DNA of 64,000 nt, taken from assembly GCA_046563655.1 (NCBI GenBank), contig CM102286.1, forward strand, positions 806,001 to 870,000. The letters run 5' to 3'. The notes below the pieces were generated by a model. It had not been told where the DNA came from and did not search any database. It was given only the letters and a program-made list of their open reading frames with translations. The translations under genes were made by a program, and so were the position numbers. Shown here piece by piece: positions 9,547 to 22,713 of this stretch. Each line of letters opens with the position of its first letter. The first letter of the stretch is position 1. Source of the stretch: Yuukianura sp. NJ FZ-2021 (Eukaryota).

Positions 9547-12500
9547 ATTCACAAGCCCGGGAATTTCAAAATCTTTAATTTTCTTTAGGTTTATTTAGTT
9601 TATTTAGTTTAATTTATACTTTCTTTAGCCTAAACTAAAACAACCTCCTCCGCGTTAAATATATATAGTTAAAGAAACATAACGTAGTTTATTTAACTTT
9701 ATTTAAGTTTGTTTAATTTATTTAATTAATTTAATTAATTTCAATTTATTTAAGGTTAAACTAAAAAAACCTCTCAACCCCTAAATAAACATAGCTCTGG
9801 CTCCATCACTTTCCCGCCATATCATCCACTTTCACCTAGCCTAAGACACGCTAACAGCATTTTTCAGTTTCAAAATAATTACAATTTCCAAAGAAATTGG
9901 CCACAAACTAAAATTTTTCACGAAAACCCAAATTCCTTGGAAAAACGGGCGAAAATGGTGAAAAAAAAGGAAAAATTTTTTTAGGCCAAATCTCTGCCGT
10001 TTATCCCGAAACGCTTCTCCGAATCATAAAAATCGCGAATTTGCCAAACCCGTCTAAAATTTCGCAATAATTTTTGCAAATTAATGGATGTTATGAGCAT
10101 CACGCACTCCCTTTATGTAAACATGTAAATATTCATGGTGCAATTAAATCTTAACAAAACACTAAAATTCACGCCCCCTACAACCCATCTCCTCTCCGCC
10201 TCTCAATTTATTTTCCGTTTTTGCAAATCTCGAAATCAAAAGATCTCTTTGTTCTTCCACCTCTGCGTAAGTTGTACAATTAATGCACTGCTTGAGCAAC
10301 CAACCTTAGCTCACACCTTTCCGCTAACAGTTTCATGTTCTGTCCCAATTAATAACCAACTTAACATTAACTCTTGTGCAATTTAAGAAAAAGTACAAGT
10401 CACTCCAAATTTGAAATTGACACTCTGATCGTCATTCTTTTTGGAAAGATCAGCAGGGTGACATTTACTTCAACCACGCCTGCTCTCCACTTCCATTTGG
10501 AAACATTGTCTCCAAACTAACTCTCAAAAAGGAACAAGAGGAAACAATTTTCCGAAAAAACCTTTGAAGAACTTCCAAAAATGTACAAAGTGCATAACAG
10601 CAGGCATCAATCTCCCCCTCATAATGAGAGGCTCCATGATTTTCCAAGAAAAACGCAACTACATACCTCCACCCACCTAAAGTTATAAAAGTCAAAGATC
10701 AACATTCAACTCAACATAGGCTGAGTCACATTAAAAACAAAGTAACTTTTTCAAGTTTTCAAAAATTCCGCTTCCTCTGCTTTGTCTGAAGTTTCAAAAA
10801 ATCTAGGCAACTGTTCCTAAATACTTCACTTCCACTGTGTTTTTGTTCATTTCTAAAATAAAACGTGGAGCATATAAGTTGATAGACGGGAGTGGATCAC
10901 AGGTGCATAATGGAGGGGAAAAACTAAACTCTTTTTTCGTTTCAAAAAAAAAGTTTAAAAAAAATTGAAAGAAAAACTCTCCCTCATGCACCTGTACCTC
11001 TGACTTTTTTTTTTATAAATAACACAAAACTCCGTCTCGCCTCATTCACCAACTTAACTAAGAAAAACATCTTACGCATGAAACTTTCAAAAAAAAGCGT
11101 ACCTCATCTCATAACCCTTCACTTTAGTAACAAATGCATCCGGTCTCTTTTCAAACGAAAAAAAAATACAAAGATAAAATAAAAATTGAGAAAAAATTCC
11201 CAAAATAAATCAGAAGAATACAAAGGTTGTTCCTTAAAGAAGTTAACTACGACTAAAACAGGCAAAATGTTGCAAGTTTTTAATTAAATATATATTAATA
11301 TATTTTTTTTATTCTTTTGTTTGTATACAGTTTCAGATTTGTCACGTGACACGACTAACGTCAAAGCATATCATTCACATCCATTCATGAGTCTAATGAA
11401 CTTTTATACCAACAACATAAAATACCTTCAAATTAAAACTGTTCTATTTTTTTTAAACTTTGAGAGTGAGTTGCCCCTCCATAGTTCATGGTGGGGCAGG
11501 ATATGCCCTGCAGCTCTTGTTTTCTCAACTCCCCAGTCACTTCCGTTGCTTCATCACTTAAAAAACACTTCCATCTTCAATTCCATTGTTCTAAAAATTC
11601 ATCTTAACCCACTTCCATCATTTCCACGAACACAACTAACACCATTCAGGGTCCACTCTAAACCCCTTCTATCTCTGAACTCTCATCTTCCAAGTACAGG
11701 GCGTTGGCCAGCACAACTCCCCAGTAGTTCCAGCATAATTGAATCCTGTTCATTGTCTTCTGGACCCACTTCACTCCATTGTCAGGAGAACTCTGTTGCC
11801 AAGAGACACTAAATAATAGTCAAAGGAAGTCAGAAGTTCCCTCCATTCCGAGGAGTAGTGAGGCCCCTTTGTCAACCTTCCATCTTAGAACATACAGAAG
11901 GCCTTGTTGTTGTTGTGCTCGACTAAGCATGAGACTCAGACACAACTGGGCACCACAACAACACTCTACTAAAAAAAACTCATCTCTCCACAACCTTCTG
12001 TCTAAATTAAACTCTCAAATTTCCCACCATTAGGAAAGGAGCCATGAAATTGGTTAATTTACGCTCCTCCAATCACTCCATGTTATCTTTCCGCTTCCAG
12101 TTTCAACCCAAAAACCAAAACTAACCACGACATTTTACACGAAACTAAAACACAAAAGTAGAACACAAAACCAGAAAAGTGAGCACAAATGCCCCACCAT
12201 AGACACCCAAATCCAATCAAATGTTCCTAGGGATTTTAGAGACCAAATTAGATTAACTCATTTCAATCAAAGGATTGTTTTCAGAGACTCCCAAACTTTC
12301 CCCAGATTCACTTCCACTTTCTCCTTTTCCCTACGGTTAGGTTAACATCAGGCTACGTTTACGTTAGGTGTAGCCTAACCTAACTTAAACGTAAGTGCTA
12401 ATCCTCCCTTCACAAACTCCCGTTCTCCCATTAATCTCCACAAATTTCAAACAGGTAAAACTTTTCCTATTTGTATTCTCCCGCTTTCTCCGAGGATCCG

Positions 12501-12964
12501 AAAATAAGTCCAACCCAATCAAAGATGTAAACTTTTCAAATGAAACTGAACATTTGAAACCAATTTTTTATGTGAATCTGCTTTATCCAAAATACAAAAA
12601 ACGTGGAATTTGAATTTGGAAAATTTCGAAATCACTTCAATCCAACAAACTTTTTTTTCAATTCAACATTACTCCAATTTCTCATCTTTTATCCAAGATT
12701 CTCCCGCTTTTTTTTCTGTCTATATTCTTCCATTGTCGAGTTCATCAACGACAATCTCATAGAATCAGAGATTCAAACTTTTTAAATTTCCCATTGTTTC
12801 CCGCTTTAAAAAAGTCAAGTAGCAGGGGAAATGGTCCAATTAAATTTCTACAGTCTCCTTTTAAGGTGGAAACAGGGGGCAGAAAGAGCCTTGAACAAAG
12901 CAGTAATGGGCACTAACACCACATGAACAGAAAGTCTCACGGCCAAACGGCAGGGCACTTTATA

Positions 12965-13123
12965 CCGTAAAACTTCTCATAAACACCAGCCTATAATAAG
13001 CGCCGGGCCTCTCTTACTTTTGATGGCTCAGGGCTAGAAGTAAAAGCGTCTGTCTATGTAAACGCCACTCTCAAAAGTTGAGATTCCGAGTAAACGCCCG
13101 GCCTTCTATGAGAAGTTTTACGG
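12965..13123. mobile_element. MITE with TA TSD (Tc1/mariner-pogo-like), 159 bp
   Basis: Perfect TIR CCGTAAAACTTCTCATA / TATGAGAAGTTTTACGG with TA on both sides. Confidence 0.8.
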
Positions 13124-16100
13124 TAATGTTCAAAGACCGGACTTTAAGGTGCGAACCTTACACGTTTTTGAATGTTGGGAACCAAATTTCAAAACTCCCA
13201 CGCTATCTTTCCCAACAGATGCAATTACGCAGGCTACAATCACTTCCTGTTGCTTTCCTCTTGTCAGAAACACATCATTTTAATAAGACGTTGTCTTACT
13301 CCAAAATCACCTCCTTACTGTATCATTTCCAGTCCAATTTCAAAAACAAAAACTCAAAAAATCTTACATTTCTTATTTTCCTCAATGTTTACTCTAAATT
13401 TAAATTTCTTAAATAGTTACTCCCTCCAAAACATTTTACTATGATAATTACTAAAACGCAACACCGCTTTTGACCTCCTTCAGTTATACTCCACCTCTAT
13501 ACCTCGAAATGCAAATTATTTACTCTCTGTCAATACTTGAATGTTTGTTTAAAACTTTAAACAACAAATAAAACTTTTTTCTCCTGTTTAATTACACAGT
13601 ACGACTATAAGTGTTGCTCCCAACCACACCTCTTTCCTCCAACAAAACCGAAATGGCACCCCGAAAACCCCGAATTCGCATCCCAAAAACCAAAATTTCC
13701 TTGGAAAACACAAAATTTGCCAACAAAAACCTACAAATCTTCACAAAAATCTTTCAGCAGCCTAAAATTCCGCTAAAGCCGTACAGTCTGCGCCGGTTTT
13801 GTTCCAATCAGAGCAAAACCAGCAAGGTGTGAATGATTTAGCTATGTTCGTCTCGTCTGTCATTTAGAGACTGTACTAAATAAAATCAGTTGGGAGTCGG
13901 ATGTCATAGTCCCAACTCTGTTCCAAGGATAAGTTTCCGCTAAATTCCGACGAATAGTCTCCCCTCTCTTGTGCTCTCAAAACAGTTCCCTATGCTCAGT
14001 CAAGTGAAAGCAAGGGAAAGATTTAGGCAGGAACCATAAAAATGATAAACAGCCTGTTGAGAATTATGTCGCCCAACGCAGAACCCCCTCTCTCCATTTA
14101 CTCAACTTTCTAAATCATCCTTCCAAAAAATTTAACCACTTTCTCCCGCCAAAAAAAAAGTTCCAGGTGAATTCAAATCCTCAAATCCATTATAATACAC
14201 AGACAAAATATACAAAAACGCTGCATTTTCCTCTCCCCCTTCCCTTAACTTTTCTTTTAAAAGGCCAATTGGACTCTGGGGAACCCCAAAAACTGTTTGA
14301 AAGAGACTTGATATTCATTGGAAACTGAAATTGGAGAAGATAGTCCCATCGTCACAGAATGGCAAATAAGAACCCATTTTCACTTTCTCCATCAACAAGT
14401 CTCTCATTTCCGTGACAAACTTTTAGTTCCACTCCTTCAAAAAACCAAACTGCTCTTGTAACTTGTCCTCTTCAAACTCTTGGCGCCGCAACTTTCTCCT
14501 ATGTTTGATTTGGAAAACGCGTTTTGATCTTTTTCTGTTTCTAAGATCCTATCATAACCTTTACTACGTCTACCCTCTTCTCAAACATAAAGTAACAACA
14601 GCCACTTCAACTTTTTTTTCAAATGTTCAACATTTCCCGGGAAAATATCAATTCACTTTCACTTTCCGTCTAAATCTTCGCCCATTCAACTCCAATCACA
14701 CCACACTTCACCTTCTTCTATCCAGAAAACTGAAATTGAACACATTCAAGTATATCCTAAAATTTCAAAATTTTCAACTTTACATTCTTGACAATTTCAA
14801 AATTTCGAACACCTAATACAATCTTGTTCTGGCTCAAAATGAACCATCCTGGTCTTGTTCAAAAAGTTCAAAAATTGGAGTTTTTCAAAAACTAGATTTT
14901 TTTTTTAAATTTCATCAAGGTTGGACGACTTCACGTAGAGTCCATTCCATTTCAAAATGACAGTGTTGCACTTACTTCCCACTAAAAAAAAAACTTTTCA
15001 ATCGAGAACAAAGCCCGTGGTGAAAGTTCGATAAAACTAAAACTTCATTTCCTCGAGTAAAAAGGACACGAAAAAAAAAACATGAACCTAAAAGTGCTGT
15101 TTTTGGAATTTTTTCGTTCGAATTTCAAGAAAAGTACTTTCCTTTCAAATGGAACTACATTGATAGGGACACAATACTGAACCAGAAATGCCTTTGAAGC
15201 ACTTTTTTTAAAGTCTGGCACCCACCGAAGTAGTCGACTGTTGATGATTGTATGGAACAATGCTCCCGCTCCTTTCTTGAACCAAGTGAAAGTCCTTCTC
15301 ACGTTCACTTTTTGTGTACAAGGCAAAAAGACAAACGAGGAGACAAATTAGATAAGCCTCTTTTTTCAGCGCCTTCTTCAAAATTCGAAAGCAAAGAAAA
15401 AGAAAGTTAAAGCGACAAAAAGTTTTTTTTTCTTTAAAGAAATTGTATTTGTCAAATAGAAATGAGATTGGGTCCAACTTTTCTCTTACCCTCCCTTTGT
15501 TCAGCAGAAAAACATGTCAAGAGACTAAAGAGAGACTAGAATTTTCAATGCCGCTTTTTTCAAATTCAATGTCTTTAAGAAAAAAAACTATCGAAAACTT
15601 TATTTCCACACCTTGAAACTCTAACTTCGTCTCCCGACAACTGCAAGAGACAATTTAAACAAAATTTCAAGAAAAAAGATAGAAGAATCTCAAACTTTCT
15701 CGTTGAAATTCAAAAAATCAAAACTAAAAATCCTGATTTTATGTACACAACAAACGAAGCAAACGGAACATCTTTTCGCGCTTTCTCTCTAAATTTGAGC
15801 AGCGTCAAAAAAAAAGACTTTTCCAATTTGTTTTGTACATTTGACAGTCAAAAACGAGCAAACATCGCACCAAAAGAAAAAAGAAAGTCCTCAATTCAAT
15901 CTTGCTCAAATAAAGTTGACATTTCTCCTCTCAAAATCAAGTTTTTTTAACAGAAGCTTGTCAAGAATCATCTTTCAAAAAAAAAATCTTTCCCGCCGTT
16001 TTTTCTCTTTCGGCACAAAAAATACATTTCCCGTATCTTTCACTTTCTCTCAACCTTAACAAAAACACGCCTATCTCTCCTCCTCTGGTTGAAATACAGC

Positions 16101-16320
16101 AAAACTCCTCTGGTTGAAGTACAGCAAAAGCTCCCAAAAGTTTTCATCTGTACACTTTCACTTTAATTCATTAGAGTGGAAAGGACTATTCTCAACACGT
16201 TCATTCTCTCCCTACTTCCTCCCAGGCAGAAAGCCAATCTTAAGGACCCGATCCTGTTCCTCCTCGATAACATAATCAAAGAATCATAGAAAAAAGTATA
16301 TACTTATATCTACACTAAGC

Positions 16321-16388
16321 ATGCACCAACCAGGATTCGAACCCACAACTACCAACTCACCTTCCCTACACTATAACCAACGCGCTAA
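16321..16388 (-). other. Degenerate tRNA-derived / SINE-head-like Pol III promoter remnant
   Basis: Minus strand has A-box-like TAGCGCGTTGG and B-box GGTTCGAATCC at tRNA-like spacing; no convincing cloverleaf. Confidence 0.35.
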
Positions 16389-19300
16389 GAACCTACTTAA
16401 AGGTTTTACTTTTCCCTTCTCCTCCAGAGAAAAAAAAACCCACATAATCCCAATATACTTTTCTCCAAACCCAAATCCTTCACACGAGAACACGTTTCCT
16501 AGGTGAACAAAAAAAAATGAGAGTGAAAGCTACAACTTTTTAGAAAAAAAAATACCTTACAAAGGTAGGAAGAAAAAACGAAAAGAAAAGTCCAGAGTGA
16601 AAAGAACTCTGAAAATCCAACTTCCTCGAAATGAAAGTAAATGCCGAGCTCAGCAGCTTTCTTCTTTTTCGTTTTTTCTTCCTTTTTTTCAAAAAACGAA
16701 AAAAAAAACTGCTCAAACTCATTCAATATTCCAATCGCACTTCCGCCCTTTCTCCCTCCAAAAAACTTCCGTCTAGTGAAAAGTAGGAGGCGAACTATTA
16801 AGCGAAAGTTAAAAGTTTGGCACTCTGGACAAGTCGCTTCCAAAAATACTTTCAAAATCCCATGTCCTATGAAAAACTAAAAAAAAAAAACTTTCAAAAA
16901 AAAATTCCTTTTCAACTTCTTAGTTCTCTCAAAATCTTCTTCTTGGAAAAACCCGAAATTCATTCACAAAAAATTTGCAATCAAATTTGCAATTTTAATT
17001 TTGTACCTTGGCTCGTACCGAATGCCCTTTTAAAAAACTTTGCAAAATTTCCTCCCTCCAAAATTTGCAAAAGTGTCTAAACAAATCTGCCACAACCAAA
17101 CCACTAAGCCACAACATAAACCATTTGAAAGTTTAAGTCTAATAACAATTCATCATTCCCATTCCGGTTTCCAGTCAAGTCCACAAGCCGGTTTTCCCTC
17201 GTCAGTAAAAAAAAAGTTGCATAGTAATAAACTTCTGCAAAACTCAAAATCACTACAAAGATCAACAAAATCGTTTCTACTCAGATTTCAGTGCAAGCTC
17301 ACAAAAAATTTTCACTTTTCAAATCCATCTGCACACAGACGCACCACCACCACAATTTCCTTGCTTCGCACATTTTAATTTCCAGGTTTCGGGTATTCAG
17401 CAGAGGATTGTTTAAAAAAAGAGCGGGAAATTCGGAAATTGAAGAGATTTAATTTCCGGGAATCTTCTGCTGTACACAAAACAAACACTCCGGCTCCTTA
17501 ACTCCCCAGTAAAAAAAATCCAAAAAAAAAAAAATTTCAATTTCAAAATTCAAAATTTCAGAAATAAAAAATTTTTATATTATGTTATGGTTTAAGCCAG
17601 ACATCCGTGTAAATAAACTCCCTGGGAAACTTAACAAAATGGCCAGAAGCACTTTCTGATGAGAAACTCACTCACCTTCTTGCTTCTGTTTCTTAAGACA
17701 AAAAAACAAAATTAAAAATTAACAGTTTTGAGTTTTCCCTCCCGCCCGGGAGTTATTATTATTCAGTTGGGAAGATTAAGAACAGGTTGAAGATGGTTTT
17801 GTGTGAGAGACGGGATATCCGGTTGTATTTAAGAGAGACATAAAGTGGAGTCCATCTTCAACTTCACTTTATGGACACTCTTCATTCATTCTCAGTTCAA
17901 ACAGGTTTACAAAAAAACCAAACCAACTTTCAAAAGTTACAAAGCAACAAGGTAGGATCACATCAAAAGTTGAAAAAGTTTAGAAAAAAACAAAAAAACC
18001 GCCTCCACCTTTATTTTTTTTAGTTAAAACAGAAAGTTTCCCACACACAAAAGAGTCACTAGCCTCGTCTGTTTAGTTTTTTTGTGAATCTTAAACTTCC
18101 TTAAGGGCCAAAATCTATTGTGGGAACTTCAAAAAAAGTGCGGGAGCACTGTAGCGTGAAGCCTTTAATGTGTGATTGAGCTCCAAAATTATCCCTATCT
18201 CCAATCTCTAACTTCTAAGATCAAATCCAACTCTTCTCACACACAACTAATACTTTTCAAATATAAAAAATTACTTTTTCGAAAACCATTTTTTTGGATT
18301 TTACTGTACATGATGAAAGGGCATGAGAACAAGCAGAGAGGGCAGAAACTACAGCAGCAGGGAACAAGAGCTAATGTACTTTAGCCACGTGGGAACGTGA
18401 ACTTCATTACAAAGTTTAAGCAAAAAAAAATTTCAAAAACTAAAACAGAAAAAAAAATCAAATCAAAATACAACCGATTATTACATCTCGCACTTCTTTT
18501 TAAATTTCACTCGCGTGTAGTACCTACCTAAAGCCACGCCCTAAACTCACAAAAAAAAAACTCCAATTTCATTTCAAATTATTTCGAAAAATTGTTAATT
18601 AAGAAATCATCTTTTTCAAAAAATAAAAATAAAAATTTAAGTTCGCACAATTCCCCTCATTCCCACAGGGTTACACGCACCCTTAACCAACTAGAGCAGA
18701 AAAAGAAATGTACACCATGTTCCAAAAATACAAAAATTCAAGAAAAAATGTCCCCCTCTTTCTTACTTTTCCCAACACCGCTTTCAAAAATATTTTCACT
18801 CACATTTTTTTTTTACTTTTTTGAATCTCCCGGCATTTATATTGTAAAAAATGAAAAAAGGTCACGGCCCCAAACTTTTTCTTACTTGACTCTAGTTAAG
18901 TCAGTGTCAAAAACTTGTTTACCTTTTCCTATTGTATATTTCTTTCCACTTTACTCCTCCAACCACCATTGTATATTTATTGTAAAAGTTTTCAATTACT
19001 CTTTACACGCCCCCGCAAGTGGTTGGCCGATACATGAAACAAGTTTACAAGTTAGAAGACAGAGTCCAAGGCTTGTCCAAAACGAAGAGGTCAGTGACCT
19101 CGTCCACCAATCCCCTCCATTGAAACTCAAGATGACTCTCAAGTGTCAGTGGACTCGTAGTCAACTACGTTTTACAACACTGGAACTTTTCAAAAAAACC
19201 GCCCTTGCATTCGAACCACCACTTTTCAACTTTTGAGGTTCAATCTGTCTTTTGAAAGCACAAGCATATACTTGATGCTGGCCAGCATCATGCTGTCCAT

Positions 19301-22300
19301 CTCATGATCATTCACTCTGCCATTGTACAACTTCTTGTGCAAAAAAGGAATTGGATGGATTAGGCCAAATGGCATCCCACTCTCCCGTCAAAATTCAAAA
19401 AACAAGCCTTCCAGCACAACTTACGTTCAGTGCTGCAGACCAAACCACTTCAACATTCAAAATCTCCCACTTCCAAATCTATACATTTACTCAAATACCG
19501 GTTTCCCAAATGGTTTCTTAACTTTTTAGCTTACAAAAAAGACTTCAAGATTTCAGTCAACTTTTAACAATACGAAAATTTAAAGCAAAAAATCAAACAA
19601 TGGATGCATCAAACAATTGAAAATTCAACTCAACCTGAATAAAAAATCTTTCGAAACCAAAAACGCAAACTCACACAAGCAAATAAATTTGCTCACGTGA
19701 CTTTACAAATTAAAATAAAAATTTAACATTAAAAAACTGTTTAAAACTTCATAGTAAGTCCAGTTAAAATGCAAATCACTTTACGCTGTCCAAACAATCA
19801 CAAGACAAAATCCTATAAATTCAATTTTTAGAAATAGGTTTCAAAATTCGTCAAAAATTCCTCCATTCTCACAGAATTTCAAACTCGTCGAATCTTTTGA
19901 ACGCAAAAGAAAACTCGCAAAAAAAAAATCCTTTTTCGTTTAAATTGTGGCTCTGAAATGCTCATTTTTCCTTTAATTTCGCGCTCAAAAACTAAGTGTT
20001 AATTAAGTTCGTTAAGTCAGAATCATGCCAACACCGTAGTTTTACCTTTACTCACTCGCTAACATCTCACTCTCTATTTTCATTCACACTTTTCTCCACA
20101 TTTACAATTTTAGAAGTGTCCAACACTATATTTGGCTCTCCGCCAGAGAAAAAAACTCAAGTGAGAGATCAAACACAACCAAAAACGAACGGAAGAGATG
20201 CATTCTTCAGATGCATTTTCACCACTTCTCTTCCAAAAATGACATTTTGAACAAAAAAACAGAAGAATGAAGTCGAAGATGGAAAAATTGCCAAATCTGT
20301 GAACCTGGAGAAGAAGAAGACGATGTGACAGCAGAAAGAGATCAAGAGACTTATTTCTCTAGTAAACCTTTCCTTTCATTTTTTCCATAATAGTGATCCT
20401 CCTCCTCTAAAAAGTAAAAAAGTCAAAGTCCTTCAGATTTTGAACACTTTTTATGTCATACTCACCTCATTTCATTCCATTTTCTCTAACATTTGAGACG
20501 TCTGAGAAAAAAAAAGAGAGAGCAAGAGGCCAAAATCACAAGAATTCTTTTGAGCCGCTCCTTTTCCCGCGCTTTCTTTGACAAATCCTGAGTAATCTAA
20601 CGATAAAAGTTGCTTACTCTTAGCATTCCACTTTCTCCTTAGCTCTACTTTCTCCTTAGGCTCTTCTGTTTCTCGAAAACACGAAAAAGACTAAAGATCC
20701 CAATTCAGAAATGAATTCATCCATTTTAGCTTCTCCTTTTATTGGATTTCTCACACTATCCGCCTTAAACTGAATTAAAGGATAGTTTCTCTCCGACAAT
20801 TTAAATCTTACTTTCTCTTTTCCCCGATATCGATTTCAAGGTAAAACTCAATAACAAGCCTTAACTCAAATTAATTGTTCTCTACTCTACTTTCAACAAT
20901 TTACTCTGCAACTAACAATTTTCTCTAACTTCAAATTCCATCAACATCCAAAAGTTCAACAACAAAAACAACTTCCAGCTTCCACTTTTTCAAAAAATCT
21001 CGTGCTCTTATAATCTTTCGTTACAGTCGCAGTATCTCAAAATTTCTATTTTTGAATTCCGAAAACCAAACATGTTTCCTGCATTGCCCAAACACTGCAA
21101 CGCTTAATTTAGAAACCATTTAAAACGTATAACTCCCTGCTCAGCCATAAATCGGAGCCACCGGAAACGGAGCATTTGCCAAAACAGCACTGCACCACCC
21201 ACAACCAAATTTAGTTTCATGCTCAAAATGTTCTCGTTTTTGACTACCTCTGCATTTCATAAAACATAAACTTCAAACCAATAAAAACTTTGTACGCAGT
21301 AAGCATATGGTGCCAAATCAGGTTTTCGTGATGCCATCTTCGCAATGTTAAAAAAACAATCAATTTCCTTTCTCAATTGTTACAAAATCGTTACAAAATA
21401 ATACCTTCGCTCATAATAATTGCTTCACAAAATACTCATTTTTCTTTCCATTTTTTAAATCAAAAGTCTGTTTTCCTTCATTTTCTTGCTGTTGTCTTTT
21501 TACAGTTGACAATTTTGTCAAAAAATTCTATCTCTCCGAAAACACCTAATCCCACTTTATATTTTAAATTTAATTATCCATTGTAATTCATTTGTACCAA
21601 GAATTACTTCGTTTCCAAAGTGACACAGCAGAATCAAAAGCACTTCCAGCAGAAACCGGAGAAAGATGAAAGTGTTCCTGCTGTTTTTGGTGAGCGACTA
21701 ATGAATGGTGATTAAAAAGACAGAAGAGGAGCTTTTTGGAGGTGTTCCAGCACAAGTACTAAAAGTAAACGAAGACAAAGAGTGTTCAGCAGTCAAGTGT
21801 GAGTCTTAAAACAAGGAAACGCACAAAAGTTACACTTAAAAACTACTTCATCTCCGACTAACTAAATATTAGGAAGAGAAAGTGCCGTCAAACGTCAAAT
21901 AATTAGAAAAGAAAGAGAGGTTTTAACAGGTCGTAATTTAGTCTCCGTTTTAGCACTTTCTCTCCCGTCTAAATTATGCACAAAAGTCATGTCACGAGTC
22001 AATTTGCCACCTCACTCTCACTGTCACATTAGTCAACCTCAAAAACTAGAGTGCGGGAACTGTCAAAAACTTTGACCTTTGACCTTTCAACAAAGTTGAA
22101 AGCTCAAATCCAGTGCAAATCCCTGCACTCAACTTCCGCAAAATCTAATTTTTGTAAAATCGGATGAAATTCGGCGAAATCGAGTAAAATCTTGATCATC
22201 TGTCACATGACAAATAACAGCCTACAGAATCTCCGAATTTCGGAATCTACCCGGATCAAACCAAATCCCAAAAATCAACAAAAGTCTAAATGGACTCAAT

Positions 22301-22713
22301 TAAAAGCTCAGCCTTAAGTGAAAGTGATTGTCCCTGACAGGCACCTCTACACTTTCACTCATCACTGCTCCCTTTCCACGTTCCCGCCAATTTTAAAAGT
22401 TCAAATTGAATCTGTACACATACTACAAAACACACAAAAAAAATTTACTTTGCCAAGCACGTAACTCCAAATGCTTAAAACGCACATTTCTGCATGCTCA
22501 AAAACAACATCGTGTGTGGTTAGTTTTAGTAGAAAAATCTGTCTGTTCGCATCCGACCAATTGTTTACACTTACGATTTCTTCCAAAGATGACATAATGT
22601 GGTTTTCTTAAGTTTCTCAGCGGAGGTTACTTTTTTCTAAAACTTCTGTCTAAAAAAAATCTTCATTTTTGAAATTTGAGACATCACATTATGTGTTCCT
22701 CCACGCAAGAAAG

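Larger units (their letters stand above)
4591..9799 (-). mobile_element. Full-length autonomous hAT-superfamily DNA transposon (5209 bp) carrying a second gene
   Basis: Termini CAGAGCTA (4591-4598) and TAGCTCTG (9792-9799). Perfect 8-bp target-site duplication GCTCCATC at 4583-4590 and 9800-9807, the size typical of hAT. AT-rich repetitive subterminal regions at both ends. Intact hAT transposase inside. Confidence 0.95.

Noticed and set aside
16078..16128. Short local duplications (also 2346-2419, 44938-44993, 46952-47032, 32810-32900)
   Set aside because: Ordinary slippage-type duplications with no further structure.
18592..19236. 214-aa ORF and the many other 60-160 aa K/F/N-rich ORFs between 10 and 54 kb
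   Set aside because: Composition reflects poly-A/T tracts, many have non-ATG starts, and no domains or consistent exon chains were found.
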